From an uncultured Planctomycetaceae bacterium (GTDB lineage Bacteria > Planctomycetota > Planctomycetia > Planctomycetales > Planctomycetaceae): 64,000 bases of DNA. Position numbers and translations under genes: made by a program. The stretch lies in NCBI GenBank assembly GCA_963813715.1, contig CAWFAK010000005.1:224001-288000 (forward strand), read 5' to 3'. This document shows positions 21,569 to 31,045 of the stretch, piece by piece. The notes beneath the pieces are model-generated. The model saw only the letters and a list, made by a program, of their open reading frames with translations. It was not told where the DNA came from and searched no databases. The first letter of the stretch is position 1. Every line of letters starts with the position of its first letter.

Positions 21569-22342
21569 TCACCCCCCTGAATCACGAATCACTGCGGGTG
21601 GCTTGACCGCTGGTTGAGGCGGCCGAGCGGGTTCTTCAATTGCCTTCGTCCCCTGCTGCAGCTTCTGCAACTCGTCCCGTCTTTCTTGCGGGTCGAGGTT
21701 CGATTCCTCGAGGCAGCCTTGTCGCAGCGCGCCGCGTCCCTCAACGCCAGGGCTGCCAATCCCTGCCTCGCGTGCGGCTTTGCGGTTCACGCGGTAGATG
21801 CCGTCGCCGCAGGGCGGCAAGATGGTCTCCGCGGGAAAACAGATCAACTGGATGTTCCCGACAATCTCCTGGTGATCGCCAGGTTTTTCGAGGTCGTTGA
21901 TGTCGGTCACTCCGACCAGCCCGTCGTTTGTGATTTCGATCAGCGCCGATTCGTGTCGCACCTGGAGCGACGGGGTCAGGATCCAATCGCGCTTCGCCGC
22001 GTGCAACACGATGTGGCCTTGATTGTCCAACTGAAATCGTCCGCGGCGCGTGACATACATTCCGAGATCCTGCGGGTCGTCGGCCCGCATTAGCTGGAAA
22101 TAGCCTTCGCCATCAATGGCGAGATCAAGCGCGCGGCCCGTCTTGCGGATTTTTGTTGGTCGAGCGACAGGTCTGGGTGGAACCGCTTGTACTGCTTTAG
22201 CGACGACGGCTGCAGATTTGGGAGTAACGGAAGGGGACGCGTCCCTCTTTTGTGTGGAGTCAGAGCCGTCGGAGCCGAGAGCGGCTCTTGTAGCGAGCAA
22301 ACTCGCCGCCATAATTCCGACAACACGCGTTCGCCGCGCCAT
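21569..22342 (-). CDS. FlgG/FlgF-like rod-domain protein, atypical
   Basis: TGRALDLAIDGEGYFQ, TRRGRFQLD and LRQGCLEESN; lacks the N-terminal ANNLAN helix and has a signal-like N-terminus. Confidence 0.75.
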   Translation of the reverse strand: MARRTRVVGIMAASLLATRAALGSDGSDSTQKRDASPSVTPKSAAVVAKAVQAVPPRPVARPTKIRKTGRALDLAIDGEGYFQLMRADDPQDLGMYVTRRGRFQLDNQGHIVLHAAKRDWILTPSLQVRHESALIEITNDGLVGVTDINDLEKPGDHQEIVGNIQLICFPAETILPPCGDGIYRVNRKAAREAGIGSPGVEGRGALRQGCLEESNLDPQERRDELQKLQQGTKAIEEPARPPQPAVKPPAVIRDSGG

Positions 22343-22410
22343 CGAGCGACTCCGGAAAGTTCAAAGCGGTGAGGCGTCCCCGCGAACTGCCAGACGGGCT
22401 CGCTCGCGAT

Positions 22411-22977
22411 TCACGGTTCGCCGCCGTCTTCCGGGAAGTATCTCCGCATCGTCTTCGCGCCGGAAGAGTCGTTGCGGATCGGGCGGACGCGGCCGTCGCG
22501 GAGTGTGAACATCTGGTCGTATTGGACGGCCGCTCCGACCTGGTTGCGAGCGCGGTACTTGAGTCGGCAGACCCGCTGCGGTCCTTCGTGTTCCAGATCC
22601 TCGACGTAGTCGAAGAATTCCGGATCGTCCTCGGCCGCCTCCTTGGCCGACATCAGCTGCTGACGATAAAACTCGTCGAGCGTGCGGGCCGGCCACCAGC
22701 GGATTTCGCGGGGGTGCGGATCGCGGCAGTTGGCCTGCACCCACGCGCGGACCGCGTCGCGATCGGGATCGGGCTTGATGTCGCCGCTGATCTCGACCCG
22801 GCGGCCCTCCGGGGGCAGGTCGTGCTTGAGGTAGGGAAGGCCGACCAGCACGAAGACGATCACGCCGATCACCGTGGCGATGATCACGACACGGTCGCGG
22901 AGCGAAGAGCCGTCGCTGCCGCGTCGACGGCGCGTGACGGGCCGCTCTGCCTCATTGAGTGTTTCGATCGTCCTCAT
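22411..22977 (-). CDS. Hypothetical single-TM protein
   Basis: 188 aa with one N-terminal hydrophobic helix. Confidence 0.7.
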   Translation of the reverse strand: MRTIETLNEAERPVTRRRRGSDGSSLRDRVVIIATVIGVIVFVLVGLPYLKHDLPPEGRRVEISGDIKPDPDRDAVRAWVQANCRDPHPREIRWWPARTLDEFYRQQLMSAKEAAEDDPEFFDYVEDLEHEGPQRVCRLKYRARNQVGAAVQYDQMFTLRDGRVRPIRNDSSGAKTMRRYFPEDGGEP

Positions 22978-23192
22978 CGGTCTTCCCTAACCAGCTTCCG
23001 CGCGAGAATCGGGCGAATTCTGCCGAGAAAGGGCCTCTGCGCCAAGATGTTTCGCCGCGGGGCGCGTTCCGGCGCGAACCTCGGCCGCCGCGCGCGTCTC
23101 GCCCTTGAACGCGGATTGTGGGGGTTCCGGGCCGGTCCTATAATCCCCGGCGACTGCGAAGGCCGCGTCGCGTGGATGGCGCGATGACTGGT

Positions 23193-23395
23193 GGGTGGCA
23201 CTGGCGGCTTGCCCGCCAGTGTCCGGGATTCAGCGTCTTAGCTCCGCCAGGCCCTCGCGATGCGTCGGGTTGAGACTTCCGACCAACCCGAAGCGTGAGG
23301 GACGGAAGCAACACGAATTCTCGGCCATTGGCTTAGCTGCCAGCGCCGAGCGTAACGACTAAAAACCACTGGCGGACAAGCCGCCAGTGCCACCC
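23193..23395. repeat. REP-A inverted pair enclosing a REP-D variant
   Basis: GGGTGGCACTGGCGGCTTGCCCGCCAGTG (23193-23221), AACCCGAAGCGTGAGGG (about 23285) and CACTGGCGGACAAGCCGCCAGTGCCACCC (23367-23395). Confidence 0.88.
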
Positions 23396-23435
23396 CGGAT
23401 GGAAGAACACTTCCGGGTTGATTAAGGATTGTCCT

Positions 23436-25210
<1,775 letters not shown>

Positions 25211-25270
25211 CTGCGCCCGGCGAGCGTCGGGCGTCAGCCCGATGGTGCTCGATACCAACCCGAAGCGTGA

Positions 25271-26253
25271 CAGCTTTTTGCGCGAGGAGTCATAAAGACT
25301 TGCGCAATAAAAAGTTGGTGCTACACATAGTCTCAATCGTAACCACACGAAAGGAGACGGATGTGGAACACCAACTCTGGAAGGCGATTTTGATCCTTCT
25401 CAAACAGGCGAGCAAGCGTCGTCGGCGCACGCGAGAACGATACGGGGCAGACGACATTGTGCAGGTTTGGCTGTGGGCCGTTCTGCACGGTCGGCCTGTG
25501 TCCTGGGCGTGCGATCTTCGGAACTGGCCGCTGCATGAGCGTCGCCGCAAATTGCCATCGTCGAGCACCATGTCGAGACGACTGCGGAGTGCCGAGGTCC
25601 AGCAAATGCTGCAAGAGATCGAACGTTCTGAACTGGCTCCTCGTGGGAACAAACCCCTGTATTGGATGATCGATGGCAAGCCTCTGCCGATCGGCGGTTG
25701 CTCGAAAGACCGGCAAGCTGGGTACGGCCGCGCCGCGGGCTGCAAAGCCAAAGGGTACAAGCTACACGCGGTGGTCGGCAGCGATGGCTCGATCGCTGCC
25801 TGGCGCGTGGCTCCCATGCAAAAGGATGAGCGGGCGATGGGGCGGCGGATGTTGAAGCAAGCGGCTGTGCAAGGGTACTTGCTCGCCGATGCAAATTTCG
25901 ACTCGAACCAGTTACACGACGTCTGCCTCGAACGCGGCGTGCAACTGGTGGCACCTCCGCGTTACGGATTTGGCCGTCGCCGTGGCCATCGGCGTCAGAG
26001 TCCCGCTCGGCTGCGATCTCTTGAACTGCTCTCGAATCCGCAAAGCTCGTTCGGCCGTGCCCTCCATCAAGAACGTAACGCGATCGAACGCTACTTCGGA
26101 TACTTGAGCACTTGGAGCGCCGGATTGCAGGCACTGCCCGCTTGGGTTCGCGGCCACCGACGCGTCCACCGCTGGGTGCAAGGCAAGCTCATCTTTACCG
26201 CCTTGCGACGGCGATGCCAAAAAACGACTTACGTCACGAGATGAAAAAAGTTG
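25271..26253 (+). mobile_element. IS-1: 983-bp DDE insertion sequence in a REP-D loop
   Basis: Imperfect TIRs CAGCTTTTTGC / GAAAAAAGTTG; flanks AACCCGAAGC-GTGA | GTCA-GCGAGGGATC (4-bp TSD with one mismatch). Confidence 0.85.
25363..26244 (+). CDS. DDE transposase (DDE_Tnp_1-like; IS982/IS5-like), intact, 293 aa
   Basis: AAGGAG SD then GTG; IDGKPL, GYKLH, LADANFDS and RNAIERYF. Confidence 0.9.
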   Translation: MEHQLWKAILILLKQASKRRRRTRERYGADDIVQVWLWAVLHGRPVSWACDLRNWPLHERRRKLPSSSTMSRRLRSAEVQQMLQEIERSELAPRGNKPLYWMIDGKPLPIGGCSKDRQAGYGRAAGCKAKGYKLHAVVGSDGSIAAWRVAPMQKDERAMGRRMLKQAAVQGYLLADANFDSNQLHDVCLERGVQLVAPPRYGFGRRRGHRRQSPARLRSLELLSNPQSSFGRALHQERNAIERYFGYLSTWSAGLQALPAWVRGHRRVHRWVQGKLIFTALRRRCQKTTYVTR

Positions 26254-26294
26254 GTCAGCGAGGGATCTTCGTATTTCCTCGGTCCCAAGCTCCC

Positions 26295-27276
26295 GAGCAT
26301 TTTTCATGAATTGACGTAAGTTCGTGTCGAGGCCCGCTTGATTGCGTTGAGAATCAGCTTCGCCTGCACCCAACGGTGAACTCTTCGGTGAGTGCGGACC
26401 CAAGGCGGCAGGTGCGTGAGTCCGCCTCCCCAATTGGTCAGATTCGCGAGGGATCGTTCGATGGTGTTCCGGAGCAGCATCAGGTCTCTCGCGAATTGCG
26501 GGTTCGGATTGTCAAACAGTTCGGCGGCCCGTCTTCGTCCGAGGCTCATTTTGGGTCGTCGGGACTCACACTTGCGGCCACCACGCAAGGGCGCCACGAG
26601 TTGAAGATCACCGCGCCGGCACAAACCTCGTGAAGTGGATTGGAGTCGTAGTTGGCATCGGCCAAGAGGTAGCCCTGGATGTCGGCTGTTCGCACCATGC
26701 GACGAGCCATCACCCGCTCGTCTTTGTTCATGGGCGCGATCCGCCAGGCGGCGACAAGCCCGTCAATTCCCTGGATTAAGTGCAGTTTATAACCCCGAGC
26801 GTTGCCGCGCTGGGCACGGCCAAATCCCGCCTGACGATCGCCGCTTGCGCCGCTCACTATCAGAGGTTTTCCGTCGATGACCCAAACCAGCGGCTTGTTG
26901 TCGGAAGGCTCGAAGACTGTCTGCTCCAAGACCGTGATCAAGCCCTGAACCTCCGGGTCGCGAAGTCTTCGACTCATCGTGCTGGAGGATGGAAGCGTTC
27001 GTCGCCTTTCGTGGATCGGCCAATTCGCTTTCAAAGTCGCCCAGAAGACCGGACGGTCGTGCACAACCGCCCAAAACCAGACCGCCGATGTCCTCGACGC
27101 TGAATTTCTCCCTCGCCCGACGCCTCGGCTTGTGCATCTCCTTCAACAGTCGCCAAATCGCCTTCCAGAGTTGGTCTTCCATGACCCCCCTCCTGCTTGT
27201 ATGGAAACAACAAAGGGCATCATCGAAGCCAACTCGTTTTTACGCAAGGCCTAACGTCGGTTCATGCAAAATCCTC
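26295..27276 (-). mobile_element. IS-2: 982-bp DDE insertion sequence in a REP-C loop
   Basis: 16-bp TIRs GAGCATTTTTCATGAA / TTCATGCAAAATCCTC (14/16); TSD TCCC; empty site GGTCCCAAGC-TCCC-GCTTGGGACC. Confidence 0.92.
26304..27182 (-). CDS. DDE transposase, paralog of the IS-1 enzyme (frameshifted)
   Basis: MEDQLWKAI, LPSSSTMSRRL, IDGKPL, GYKLH, LADANYDSN and RNTIERS spread over three frames. Confidence 0.88.
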
Positions 27277-27280
27277 TCCC

Positions 27281-27381
27281 GCTTGGGACCGCAGTCAACC
27301 GAAGCTCCGCTTCGGCCAGTCCGCGTTGGAGCCGACGATCGAAGCAGGAGCTTCGAGGGGATGCGTTCCCAAGCGGAGCTT
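27281..27381. repeat. Core of a four-hairpin REP-C REPIN whose outer hairpins are split by IS-2 and IS-3
   Basis: GCTTGGGACC ... CGAAGCTCCGCTTCG ... CGAAGCAGGAGCTTCG ... CGTTCCCAAGCGGAGCTT. Confidence 0.85.
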
Positions 27382-28565
27382 GAGGGTGTCCGGGAATTGA
27401 ATTGAGCTAAACCCAAGGGCCTCCGGGCGTTTATGTTTTTTCTGCCAAGAAGAAACTAAACGCCGCAGGAGGGCCCAAGGATGGGAACTCGTGCCAAGGC
27501 CGGCACGTCGTTGGAAGCGTTGGTCAAGCTGGCGATGCCGCTTTTGAGGGAAGCCGAGCGGCAATGTCCGAGAACAGGGCCGGGAGCAAAGCCGATCATT
27601 CCGGACTGGTTCGTCGGAGTGTTGATTATGGTGGCTGTGCTGAAACGAAAGAAGACCAAGTCCGCCCAATTTCGTTTCGTAACCGACAGCGCGAACCGGC
27701 ACAGATTCGAGACCTCACCGGAGAAAAGCAGTTTCCCTCGCGAAGCACGTTTTTCAGTCGGTATCGACGCTGTCATCGGCTCTTTACGGAGGCCATCAAG
27801 CGGCAAGGGCAGCAAGCGATCGCGGAGCAGATCGTCGACGCCAGCCAGGTCGCGGTGGACAAGAGCCTGGTTCCCGCCCGAGGTCGTCCGTGGCACAAGC
27901 ACGAAAAGGAACAGGGGAAGATTCCCCGGGGTGTGGATCGCGAGGCGGCGTGGGGCTACTCCGAACATCACGGCTGGGTCTACGGCTACAGCTTCGAGGT
28001 GGTGGTCTCTTGCAAGCGGAAAAACACGGTGTTTCCGCTGCTGGCTTCGGTGGGAACCGGGAGCGCCGCGGAGGTGCGAACGTTCGCGGAAAAAATTGAC
28101 CATTTACCGCGTGAAGTGAAATGCGTCTCAGTGGATGCGCCTACGACGCAGGTTACCTCGGTGAGCGCATCGAATTTGATCAGGCAGGGCGGCGGACCGG
28201 CCGTCGCTTCTTGTGTCCCGAAAATCCCCGCTACCCTCGCAAAAAGACCAAGCGCTGCGGGGCCGACGCGGCGCAGGCCCACGGCCGCGAGCTGCGACGA
28301 GCCAGAAAGAAGTACTTCGAGAGCGCCGCCGGGCGACGCCTCTATCGACGGCGCAGCCGCACGGTCGAGCCCTTCAACAGCTGGTTGAAGTCACTCTTCG
28401 AACTGGACACGCGTGCGTGGCATCGCGGACTCGTCAACAACCAAACTCAGATCCTTGCCGCCATCTTCGTGTATCAATTGCTTGTGCGATACAACCACCG
28501 CTGCGGAAACAACAACGGACGACTTCGTTGGCTCACCGATGCCCTCTGAATTCCCGGACACCCTC
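27382..28565 (+). mobile_element. IS-3: 1184-bp DDE insertion sequence in a REP-C loop
   Basis: Perfect 17-bp TIR GAGGGTGTCCGGGAATT; 11-bp TSD AAGCGGAGCTT (27371-27381 and 28566-28576). Confidence 0.95.
27481..28549 (+). CDS. DDE transposase (IS4/IS5-like; frameshifted)
   Basis: VAVDKS, DREAAWG, WVYGY, AYDAG and RSRTVEPFN across ORFs 27481, 27564 and 28121. Confidence 0.85.
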
Positions 28566-28614
28566 AAGCGGAGCTTGGGAACGAGGAAAGTGCGACCTGC
28601 ATCCCCGCGAGGGA

Positions 28615-29136
28615 TCACTGCGGTCGGTCTGTCCGCGCCAACTGCTCGACTGCATTCTTGCGCAGAATTGGGTCATCGGACTGTGTCAGCCGCTCCAGCT
28701 TCGCGTTGGTCAGACTGCACGGCAGGTTTCCAAGCCCCCAGATTGCCTTTACCGCCAGCGCCCTCGCCTCGTCATAGTCAAGGTACTCGGGAATCCACTG
28801 AGTCGCGAGAAACAGAGCATCAACTGCGGCGGGGGTCCGCAAGTCGTCTAACGCACTAACCACGTCTTCATGAGACGCATGCCAATCTTCGTCGACCAAT
28901 GGGCAGAGAGTCTGAACTTGTTCGGGACGAAAGCCAAACACAAAACCAACGATCAGCGCGCATAACAAATCATCAGCGTCCCGCGCCGCGCACGCTTGTT
29001 CGAGGAGGTGCGAAGCGACTTTGCCCTGCTCCACAGCAGATGGAAAGCGCTGGAGAAAATCTTCGCTGGAAATCCTGCAAGTGCCGTCGGGCTGGGTAAC
29101 GAGGCCCCAACAAAGCTCTCGTTCCTCGTCAGTCAT
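28615..29136 (-). CDS. HEAT-like helical orphan protein, immunity-like
   Basis: WHASHEDVVSAL ... LAVKAIWGLG; lower GC than its flanks. Confidence 0.65.
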   Translation of the reverse strand: MTDEERELCWGLVTQPDGTCRISSEDFLQRFPSAVEQGKVASHLLEQACAARDADDLLCALIVGFVFGFRPEQVQTLCPLVDEDWHASHEDVVSALDDLRTPAAVDALFLATQWIPEYLDYDEARALAVKAIWGLGNLPCSLTNAKLERLTQSDDPILRKNAVEQLARTDRPQ

Positions 29137-29296
29137 TCGCGGCTTCCTATCGTCGCTCGGCATCGTCGAAGCCGCGTAGCTCCAGATCCTGAGCACTGCC
29201 ATCAAGCCAACACAGCCCAAATCCACAACGAGTCTCGAACAAAGCTGCGGGGGAGCCATAAAGCGGCCCGGCCGAGCCGTCTGACGCCCGCCCTAG

Positions 29297-30136
29297 TCAG
29301 TTCCAGCGGCAGATTTGCGTGCTGGCTTCCTGCAGGTGGTGCTCGAGGCTCGCCTTTTCGTCGTTGGGGCAGTTGCGCAGGCAGGAGCGCAACAGGTCGA
29401 GGGCGTGCCCCGGACGGTTGGCGTGGAGCGAGATCAGGGCCAGGTCGCGGCGTTCCTGGTAGGAGGCCGGCTGGAGGGCCGTCAGGCGATGCTGCACCAT
29501 CCAGGCGGCCGTCCAGTTCGACTGCCGGGCGTAGAGCACCTTCAAGTTATTGAGCATGCGGATCACGATGGCCCGCGGGCCGACCGGCTTGAGGGCCACC
29601 CGCAGATCCGAGCGTTTGAGCCCGACGCTTTGGCTCAGCCACCGCGAGCATTCGTTCCGCGAGAGGACGCGGCCGCGGGAAAAAGCGTCGACGAACAGCG
29701 TGCCGCCGACCGATTCGTAGCGAGTCAAAAAATGTTTGGGTGCCGAGACGCCGCGGAGATCGATTCCCACCCGCTGGGCGACGGCCATATACAGCACCGA
29801 GAGCGTGATCGGCAGTCCGCGGCCGGTTTCGATCACGCGGTGCAGGTAACTGCTGTCGGCCCGCTCAAAACACTCATCGTCGCCGAAAATCTTGTGCCGT
29901 TCGGCCAGGCACTCGGATAGGAGTTGCAGGCTCTCGGGCTCGCCGTGCGAGCGGACGATCGAGCTGGAAAGCTGGCTGGCGCAGCAGTCGAGCCAATCGA
30001 GCACGGGGCGAAAATCGAGTCCCGGATAGGCGTCGCGCGCAAGCTCCAGCGCCAAAATCGTCAGATCGACGTCGCCCCGCCGCGTGAGCAGCTTCAAAAA
30101 TTCCGAGTCGCACGCGTAAGCGGGTTCGGCAGCCAT
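29297..30136 (-). CDS. SirB1/YchA family (transglutaminase-like plus TPR)
   Basis: SSYLHRVIETGRGLPITLSVLY, PKHFL and RMLNNLK. Confidence 0.9.
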   Translation of the reverse strand: MAAEPAYACDSEFLKLLTRRGDVDLTILALELARDAYPGLDFRPVLDWLDCCASQLSSSIVRSHGEPESLQLLSECLAERHKIFGDDECFERADSSYLHRVIETGRGLPITLSVLYMAVAQRVGIDLRGVSAPKHFLTRYESVGGTLFVDAFSRGRVLSRNECSRWLSQSVGLKRSDLRVALKPVGPRAIVIRMLNNLKVLYARQSNWTAAWMVQHRLTALQPASYQERRDLALISLHANRPGHALDLLRSCLRNCPNDEKASLEHHLQEASTQICRWN

Positions 30137-30344
30137 CGGCCCTTCTCAAACGGGGCAAGTTGTCATCGAGATGCTGGGAACGAACGCACTCGGAAGCCGG
30201 CAGAAATCGTCGATGGGCCGGCGACGAACGTCAGCGCCCGGTTATAACTTGTCGGCGTCGCTCGGGCAATGCGTTCTCGCGCGGAGAAACTGAGGCGACT
30301 GCATCGCGCGGAGTTTTTCTAGCGCGCGAATGATACAATCACTA

Positions 30345-30409
30345 TTGACGTGCGGGCACTCTTGACGTCAGGGCACTCTTGACGTCAGAGCAATCTTGAC
30401 GTACGGCAA
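30345..30409. promoter_or_regulatory. 17-bp direct repeat x4 upstream of hsp20-lon
   Basis: TTGACGT at 30345, 30362, 30379 and 30396; unit TTGACGTCAGGGCACTC. Confidence 0.6.
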
Positions 30410-30526
30410 CGTGTCGTGATCGGGCGTTGCGGCGCAGGCGCCGCGATCGGGCATGGCGGTCGCAAGGCGGCGCGATCGGACACAGGTCGAAAATTTCGGG
30501 GCGAAGCGAAATCTCGGAGCGAAGCG

Positions 30527-30893
30527 ATGGCCAGGTCCTCGCATCACACGTATCTCAAACATCTGTTGTGGAATTCGCCGGACGTCGGGCGACACGGCTG
30601 GGTGCCGGCCGCCGACGTCTACGAACTGCACGCACGGTTGGATGATCAAAGTCGAACTGGCCGGCATCCGGCCGCAAGACGTGAGCGTGACGCTCGACGG
30701 CGACGTGCTGCGGATCGTCGGCCGTCGCCGCGACTGGGTCGCGCACGAAACGCGCGGCTGCCGCTCGCTCGAAATCTCCTACGAGCGGTTCGAGCGGAAC
30801 TTCGATCTGGCGAGCGTGCCCGACGGTTCGCGGATCACCACCGAATATCGGGACGGTATGCTGCTCATCAAGGTGATCCCGCAAGTGAAATGA
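30527..30893 (+). CDS. Hsp20/alpha-crystallin protein (frameshift near 30630)
   Basis: WVPAADVYE, then VELAGI, EISYERFERNF and YRDGML. Confidence 0.88.
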
Positions 30894-31045
30894 TCCCGCA
30901 GTGAAATGACCCACAATGAGCGGGGCCTGCTCGCGACAGCAGCTGCCCGCTCTCACGATGACTTCAGCTCGCTCACGACGACAACGCCTCGCGACACCCG
31001 CACACCACCGAGAATCTCACTCCGACGAATCGGGGAATCGACGAC

